Part shown: positions 56,947 to 64,000 of the stretch, in pieces
Numbering within the stretch: the stretch's first letter is position 1
How the letters are laid out: each line of letters begins with the position of its first letter
Assembly (NCBI GenBank): GCA_043228905.1
Contig: JBHGNT010000021.1
Coordinates: forward strand, 11,346,001-11,410,000
From: Azolla caroliniana
Taxonomy: Eukaryota > Plantae > Polypodiophyta
Direction of reading: 5' to 3'
DNA length: 64,000 nt
Translations under genes and position numbers: made by a program
Notes under the pieces: generated by a model
Databases searched by the model: none
What the model was told of the DNA's origin: nothing
What the model saw: only the letters and a program-made list of their open reading frames with translations

Positions 56947-57680
56947 TGAGTGAAATATGACGAGGGCTTCCTATTTATAGGGATTGACCACATTGGTTAA
57001 AGTAACCATAGTCACCTTAACCAAGGTTGGTAAGTTTGAGGATAGTTAGTTGGTAACCACAGTCACATTAACTAGAGTAACTTATGATTGCATTAATGAT
57101 TACAAAGTCAAACTAACATATTGATCAATCTTTTATAGTCATAACAACCTGCAATGACTTCAAAGGTCATGAAGGAGACAATAATAGAGGTTCATGAATG
57201 TACCAATGATTGATTACTAAAAGCAATAATTTTTATGACTCTCAAATGCTGTGTATTAAAGATGTTGGCATGAATTAACCAATGATTGATAAGTCTAATA
57301 TTTAAAATGGTGAGCATTAAAGAACCAATGAGTGAGATGTTCTATATCAAAATGGGTGCCATTAATTAGCCAATGATTTTAACATTAATCCAACATATTA
57401 ATGGCTTGTTAATGATTAGATTTATATTATACTTGATTTAACTTCATATAGATGTAGTTTATATAATAATTGATATTTTAAGTACAATTACTTTATTAAA
57501 AATAAATTTTTGATGTATTGTATTAATAGAATATTACATAATATAGACATTCTATTGATTTGTCTTTTGTTTAGAGAGAAGTTTATGTTTAGAGAGGAGT
57601 ATATGTTTAGAGAGGAGCTTATTAGTTTTTTTCCTTACCCTAAGCACATAACTTACAGAGCCCTATCTAGACCTTAAGCC
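56947..57680. promoter_or_regulatory. AT-rich divergent promoter region between cargo gene and transposase
   Basis: Minus-strand TATA box CTATAAATAGG at 56971-56981; CCAATGA at 57203, 57279, 57324, 57370. Confidence 0.55.
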
Positions 57681-60461
57681 ATGAGTGAAGATTCACCGTT
57701 CTCGATTGAAGAATATTGTTTGTCATCAGACTCATCGTTTTCTACTGAAGAGTATTGTTTGTCAATAGAGTCACCATATTCGATTGAAGAATATTGTCTG
57801 TCGACCGAGTCACCATATTCTATCGAAGAATATTGTCTGAGCTCATCTACAGGGAATGTAAATAATGACACATGTGAAGAGTTCTCTATTGAAGAATACG
57901 ATATTAATAAAGATACAGAGAATGAAGGTAGTGCCCAGGAAACATTGAATAACATTGGCGATGGTCACAACAGAGAATTAGATTGTAACAAGGTTACACC
58001 AACCTCTATGCAGGAAGAGAAATCTGGGAGCCCTATGCATATTAGAAGAATCCCACGAAGAATTCGTCTAGCTAGATTTAGCTTGGTGACATCAGATAAA
58101 CAGATTGGATTTGATGTCAAAAAAATATGTTGTGCCCGTGGTTGTATGTCTATGATTGGGAAATCAAAGTTGCGAGAATTAAGGCGATACTATTTTTCGA
58201 TGACCGGTGATGAGCAAGACACTTACCTCGGGTCACATATGCAACTAGTATCTGACAAATGTACAGGGATCAAAGTATCATTCGAGTATTATATCTTCCA
58301 TGCGCAACAGATATGTAGAGTTGCATTCAAAATTGCGTTATGTGTTAGTAACATGCGGCTACATAGAGTACAACAACGTCTACTTAGCGGGGATCAGATG
58401 CTCAATTGTAAAGAGGTTCCAAGTATGAAAGGTGCAATTGGAAGCCATGCTATTGGTTGGATGAAAACTTACTTTCAGTTAAATTGTGAAGTAATGCCCA
58501 CTACAGGTAGGATGCATCTTTTTTATAATTATACACGTCGGGAAGTTTATGATGTCTATCGATCTGATATGCTGGGCTCACGTAATAAGTCTATCACCTA
58601 TAGCCAATTCACAAGATTATGGAGAGCTCGGTTTTCAAATGTTATTATTCCTCGTAAAGTACGTATGGGGTATTGCTCCATTTGTGCAAATCTTGAAAGT
58701 TTGGCTAAAGGTGCAAAGACATCAATGGAAAAGGATACGAGTAAGAAGTTACTACAAGAGCATCGTGAGGCACAATCCTTAGAACGAAAGAAGGCGATGC
58801 ATCATAGAGAGAAGTGTTTGAAGAGGCCTGAACAATACATGTGCTTAATGATAGATGGCATGGACCAGAAGAAGACATGCTTGCCGCATATGTGGAGGCT
58901 CCCCAAAGATGTCAATGATGAGTGCCTTGTTCAAATGCACTTGGTGGGATGCTTGGCTTATAATAGGTCTGTTCGACCTCACGTCTTCATTACTTACCCC
59001 AATGTTCACAATGACCCTAACCTAACAGTTACAGTGATTCACCGAGTTTTGATGTCTTGGGGCCAACCTTTCCCCCCTGTTCTACACATTCAATTGGACA
59101 ATACTGCTAGAGAGAACAAAAATTCAATTGTATTTGGCTATCTAAGTATGTTGGTCAACCTAGAATTGTTTAGGAAAGTGAAAGTCAATTTCCTTTTGGT
59201 TGGCCACACACATGACCATATAGATCAGATATTTAGCACATTCTCCAGACAGTTGTCTCGGCATGATGCTTTCACTTTACCTAAACTATTTGATGTCATT
59301 TGTGATGCTTATACACCACGCCCAAAAGTGTTACACTTGAAGGAGGTATATGACTTTAAGAGATATATATTAGATGGGGGTGGTGGGAATGTTAAAGTGC
59401 TTGCTCAGTTAAACAATATAAGTTTCAATCACATTTTTATGATAAAGAAAAATGGAATAAGTGGTTCTACACTTTTGTATGCTAAACAATATTCATCTTC
59501 TACAACATGGGAACCTGAAGGTGGTTGCTAGTTATTACTTTGTATGCCGAGTACAATTGTCCATGGAGCTAAGCAAATGCCAATTGAGAAGAAACGACAG
59601 TTGCAAAGCGACTTGGTATCAGAACAAAAACGGTCATGGCTCCAAGCCTTAGAAGAAAAAAGAAAGCATATTGAGGCCGCCAAGAAATATGCCGCACAAC
59701 AAGACACGTCATGGTGGGATGTATTTTACAGTGATCAGAAAGAAATTATAGACAATTGTGTATCTGTTGATAATTGGAATTTGGAAACGCCATTCACATG
59801 GTTGCTGCAACATGATCGCGTAAATAGAACTCCGGAGCAACTAGTAAATGCGATTAATGACAGCTTGGTCCATCCACAACAAAGAGACATTTATGTGGGA
59901 CCAAGGATGACCAAAGCAACCGAAGCTAGATGGCAAGGCAATTTGCAAGAGCTCACCGCGGGGATGTTGATTGCAACGCCGGCTGATGAGAACTCACATG
60001 GCCACCAATTTTGGGTTGGTAAAATTCTAGAAGTGCTAATGCATGAAATAGAAAACACGATCAAGTCTATAAATGTTCATTGGTACAACACTAGAAGTGC
60101 AAATGCTTTTATAGGTAAGTATACATTGGAGATGATTGAATGCCCAACAAGAAGGGGAGGTAGGAAGAGGAAGTGAAACATTCATAACACCTCGACCCTT
60201 GATATCTCTGATGTGGATATCATCGTGTACGACTTCACACTTACAAAAGCCGGACGATTAAGGAAGTCAACAATAGATATAATAAAAGAAAAATTACCAG
60301 GTCTACACGGTGGCTCGAGTCAAAGGCAAACGAGATCTGCTACATATAATCTAGAGTCAAACCATTTGATTTATGACGAAGATAATGCATTGATTGGTAC
60401 ATCCGAGGATGATGAGGAGGAATCGTCATTGTATATTAGTTATAGTAGTGATTCTCCGTAA
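57681..60461 (+). pseudogene. Sola-like DDD transposase (~926 aa) with two premature stops
   Basis: ORFs 57681, 59544 and 60213 share one frame; CCARGC, CSIC, IDGMDQKK, QLDNTARENKN, FLLVGHTHDHIDQIFS. Confidence 0.85.
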
Positions 60462-62486
60462 AGGAGTGATCATGAATGTATATTTGGCTATTAAGTGTAA
60501 CTACATTCCGCTTGTAACAAATCGAGTAATATAAAAGCATGTGTTTTGAATTCTTATGATTTCTAAAAAATCGTTTCTTAGAAAATAACATTGGTTGTAA
60601 AGTTTGTGATATAAATTGAGAATGTATCTTTTTGAAATTCGTCTTTTTTTAGTTACTTCTAAATCACGAAAATAGTGGATTTTTAACCTTTTTCATAGTA
60701 TGTTTGAACATGTATGATACTGGTATCAATGTGTTTTGTAAAATCATTGAAAAAGCCCTAAAATTTCCCTTATCCTTCCATTTATGCGCGATCCTTCCAC
60801 TTGTGAACGCGAACGTGTTTTTCGCATCCCGCTTCCTCTGCTTCTCCTTCGGGACATGCACATACGCGATGCTACCGAAAACCATCAAGTGGCGTAGATT
60901 TGGCTTCCTTCCGAAATACAGCTCATGTGCCGACAGTTTTTCTCCGATCCAATTCTGGATGTAGACTGCGGTTCGGAACGCTTTAGCCCAATAGAACTTG
61001 GGCATACTCTTTTCTTCCAACATTGCCCAACTGAATTCACACCGAATTCCCATTTGTTGCAGATAACTGTTGAATTGGCTGGAAAAGTACTCTTTTCCAT
61101 CATCCGACTGTAGGCACTTGATCTTCCTCCCTGTTTCCCTTTCGACAAGATTTTTGAGGTTCCGAAAACAGTCAAAGACTTCACTGTTCTTTTAGATGAG
61201 GTAGATCCATGTGTCCCGGGTATAGTCGTCGAAGAAGGAGTCGAAATATCAACTCCCGCCAAGACTTACGTTCTGTGTCGGTCCCCGATTACACTCATTT
61301 CGGAAAGGAAGTTAGTGTTGCTTCATGTGAAAGTGTTTTTAGAATCTAAGCCATTGAACATTAGAAGAATACAAAGAGGATAAACTCCACAATGAACTTA
61401 AAAACCAAAGACCTTCTTACTACCCATCACTCAAACCCACTACTAAAAACCATCTTCTTCCACTAAGATACCTCCTCCTAAGACCCCTCCTCCTCCTCTA
61501 TTAGGATCTCCACTTCTTCTTTTATAATTTTCTTCTTCTTCCTCGTTCACGCTATTTTTAGAAGCTTTTTATCTCCTAATTTTAGCTAACACCCAACGAC
61601 CTTCTAATCATCATCTCCCTCATCAAAGCTCCAAATTTAGAGATTTAAAAAGCTATAGATAGCTCTCTTTCCAAACATAATATTTGGGTTGTTACCTTTT
61701 TTTCCTTTATTGTTACCTTTTCACCCCTTTAGATTTTTCTAAACACCAACTATTACCCCTTCACATTAAACCCTCTCCACCTCATTATATTTCCCCTTAT
61801 TATATATCCTTCTCTTCTCTCCTTCCCCTTTTTCAATCATACCCATTACCACACCTCCAGTCCCCACTCCTTATTCTCATTTTTCTAAAGCCTCTCCTAA
61901 ACCTCCCTATATAAACACCATCAACCCCCAAAGGCCACTTAGCACTAATGAGCCCCATAGGGGGCAAAACTAGTTTGCTCGTGGCCCTTCCCATTTCCCC
62001 TATCTCATTGTAAAGCCTATCTTAATGAAGATTAGTCCCTCTCTCTCTCTCTCTCTCTCTCAAGCATATGGGTATGTTTTAATCTTATTTAGTGTTTTAT
62101 TCTTAATTAGCTTTTATTATTACTATTATTAGTGTTTTGATCCCTCATCTCCCTCTCCCCTCTGTCTATCTCGTCTAATCCTCATCTACACCAAGTTTTT
62201 GTTTACAATTTGGGTGCGCTCGAATTGATCTTGGTAGTCACGTCTCCCTCTCGACTTACCTACAACCCACCGATGATTTCACCATTCCGCACTCCTTGTA
62301 CCGACCAAAAGGTCAACAAAAACACATGGAGTTATGACCATTCCTTTTTTACTGTTTTTTATGGTCCGCTTTTTCTCTTTTTACTTTTTGCTTGGTCTCT
62401 TACTTTTACTTTTGACTTCTTCCTAAGGTCTGGTTCATGTTCTTAGCCTCCAAATTTGGATTATCCATACTTTACATTCTTCTAAT

Positions 62487-64000
62487 TGTTACCCGGACCC
62501 GGACAGTCAGTTTTACCGAACAAGTGGGAAAGCCTCGAAAACGGAGTCGGTTTGGATCGACTGTTCGGATCGATGACTCAGCAGAGAACGAAGAGAACTA
62601 AGTTAGTTAGATAATTTTGTAATTCTTGATAGTAAGTAGGAATAGTTCTTGATGAGAAAAGACCTTCGGTATACCTATAAAAGGGAACCGAAGGCATTGT
62701 AAGAAAGGTCGTTTATTTAGTAATATAAGTTTAAGTTAGGAATATCATGTACGGATTTTGTGTTCTTTCTATTGTCTATGTTGTTAAGTACAATCTTCCT
62801 AATTTATAACTAAGTAACGATCACGGTAATTACCGATTAATATAGTATATTTCCGTTCGTAAAACAAAATTCCTTGTTAGAACGTTGAGTAGCGACGTTC
62901 ACTCTTCTGTATCGGTAGTAGTTAGTAATTAGCCGATTAACACAGAAGAAATTTGGCACGCCCGGTTACATCTGCAATTAAGCAGAGAACAAATCGAATG
63001 GATGTCGTATGAAGAGGAGACAACGGTCGGTTGTAAGCGCCCTCGTACAAGGTCAGTTACGAAGGCAGTGCAGGAAGCGTTCATTGCGCAAGAACAGCCG
63101 GAATCAAGCACAAAGTGGTCGAAACTTCCTGACTTATCCGATCAATTACCTTCAGACGAAAAACAGACGGAAGAGGTATCGTTTTACGACATTTGGGACG
63201 ATATGCCTTATACTTATTCTAAGTTCCGGGAAGGAACAGATGCGGAAGCACATGTTAGGGATTTCTTAACGACATGGGAGATTAACCATGGAGCTCAGCG
63301 ATTGTCGGCAGATGCCGAAGATAAGTCAAAAATCGCTGAGTTCGTCTTATCATTAGACAGATATTCCGCCAATTGGTTTGCGCAGAACGGTCTTCAAGGA
63401 TTTCCATCCTTTGAAGTGTTAACTAGTAAATTTTTACAATTATTTCATCAACAAATTCCGCAGAAGGATTTGATTCCGCAATTTTATGCGTTATATCAAG
63501 AAAAAAATGAAACAGTATCTCAGTTTGTGATACGATTTCAGAACTTACAGCTTCAGATTTCAAGGCCGATTCCGGATAATGAATTAAAAGAAGTCTTTGT
63601 AGAAGCTGTAAAAGAACCATTAAGGACGACATTGAAAGTGTTCGATTTTCGAAATCAGACTATCGAACAAGTAATTAATAAAGCAATAGAAATGGGTCGA
63701 CCACCGGTCAATGTTTAGAGTATGGACATGTCAGCATTACAACGTACATTACCAACAATAGAGGAGTTACAATTTCGTCAAGCAGTTCAATGCACCACTT
63801 GTTTAAATACGGGGCATTCGGCAATTGAATGTACGTTAAGAACACATTGTACAATATGTCATTCAAAATTACATTCAGTAGAACAATGTGAATATAATCT
63901 GCTTAATAAAACTACGGCGTCAGTACGACAAATTTTTACTGACAATGGTTACCAAAATAACACTAATCTGTTCAATGGTTATCAAAATAATAAATTTTCA
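62487..64000 (+). mobile_element. Second copy of the 21732 Gypsy family (5' LTR 62487-62942, PBS 62954-62966, gag), cut by the window end
   Basis: Near-identical to 21732-23245 at offset 40755. Confidence 0.95.
63002..64000 (+). pseudogene. gag: gag (partial), same internal TAG as the first copy
   Basis: 238-aa ORF near-identical to 22247-22963; continues in frame after TAG 63716-63718. Confidence 0.85.

Larger units (their letters stand above)
51544..60819. mobile_element. Sola-like cut-and-paste DNA transposon (9276 bp) with cargo gene
   Basis: 36-bp TIRs AACACGTTCGCGTTCACAAGTGGAAGGAT(T/C)GCGCAT; 4-bp TSD TTTC (51540-51543, 60820-60823) confirmed by rejoining the host Copia frame; DDD-type transposase. 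Confidence 0.9.
39740..61290 (-). mobile_element. Degenerate Copia (IN-RT-RH) split by a Gypsy and a DNA transposon; host of nest 2
   Basis: IN 60824-61290 continues at 51543 (D-A-K-A-E-K-C across the TSD); RT/RH 49549-51543 continues at 40162 (DIFTKALG). Confidence 0.85.

Noticed and set aside
51546-60817. CACTA/EnSpm element (CACG... ends)
   Set aside because: The true ends are AACACG...CGTGTT with a 4-bp TSD, and the transposase motifs are not TnpD-like.
61290-62486. LTR or promoter-like pyrimidine-rich region
   Set aside because: It has a TATA-like motif and (CT)n but no second copy, clear termini or convincing PBS in the window.

Overview
This is eukaryotic, gene-free, transposon-dense DNA, most consistent with a moss (Physcomitrium/Funariaceae-like) genome; the organism is inferred from the element types. 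Almost the whole window is two nests of transposable elements. Nest 1: a degenerate chromovirus-type Gypsy (1-29682) contains a truncated non-chromovirus Gypsy (2521-7644). Its 3' LTR holds a Tto1/Tnt1-like Copia (9641-29633, TSD TTAGT). That Copia holds an intact, GC-rich, fungal-type Gypsy (10989-18104, 4-bp TSD CCGG, tRNA-Trp PBS, -1 frameshift) and a young non-chromovirus Gypsy deletion derivative (21732-29368, TSD CTCTG). Several decayed Copia fragments follow. Nest 2: a Copia (~39740-61290) contains a full-length non-chromovirus Gypsy (40163-49543, TSD CCGAT) and a 9.3-kb Sola-like DNA transposon (51544-60819, 36-bp TIRs, 4-bp TSD TTTC). Two observations stand out. (1) The DNA transposon carries a six-exon gene fusing a ParB-like domain to a beta-class amino (N6A/N4C) DNA methyltransferase, and its first intron holds ten 25-bp palindromes at a 51-bp period. 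(2) Three different Gypsy families lack a polypurine tract and instead carry a conserved tRNA-3'-end-like structure ending in CCA, 2 nt before the 3' LTR, complementary to their own PBS. All homology calls are by eye; no searches were run.
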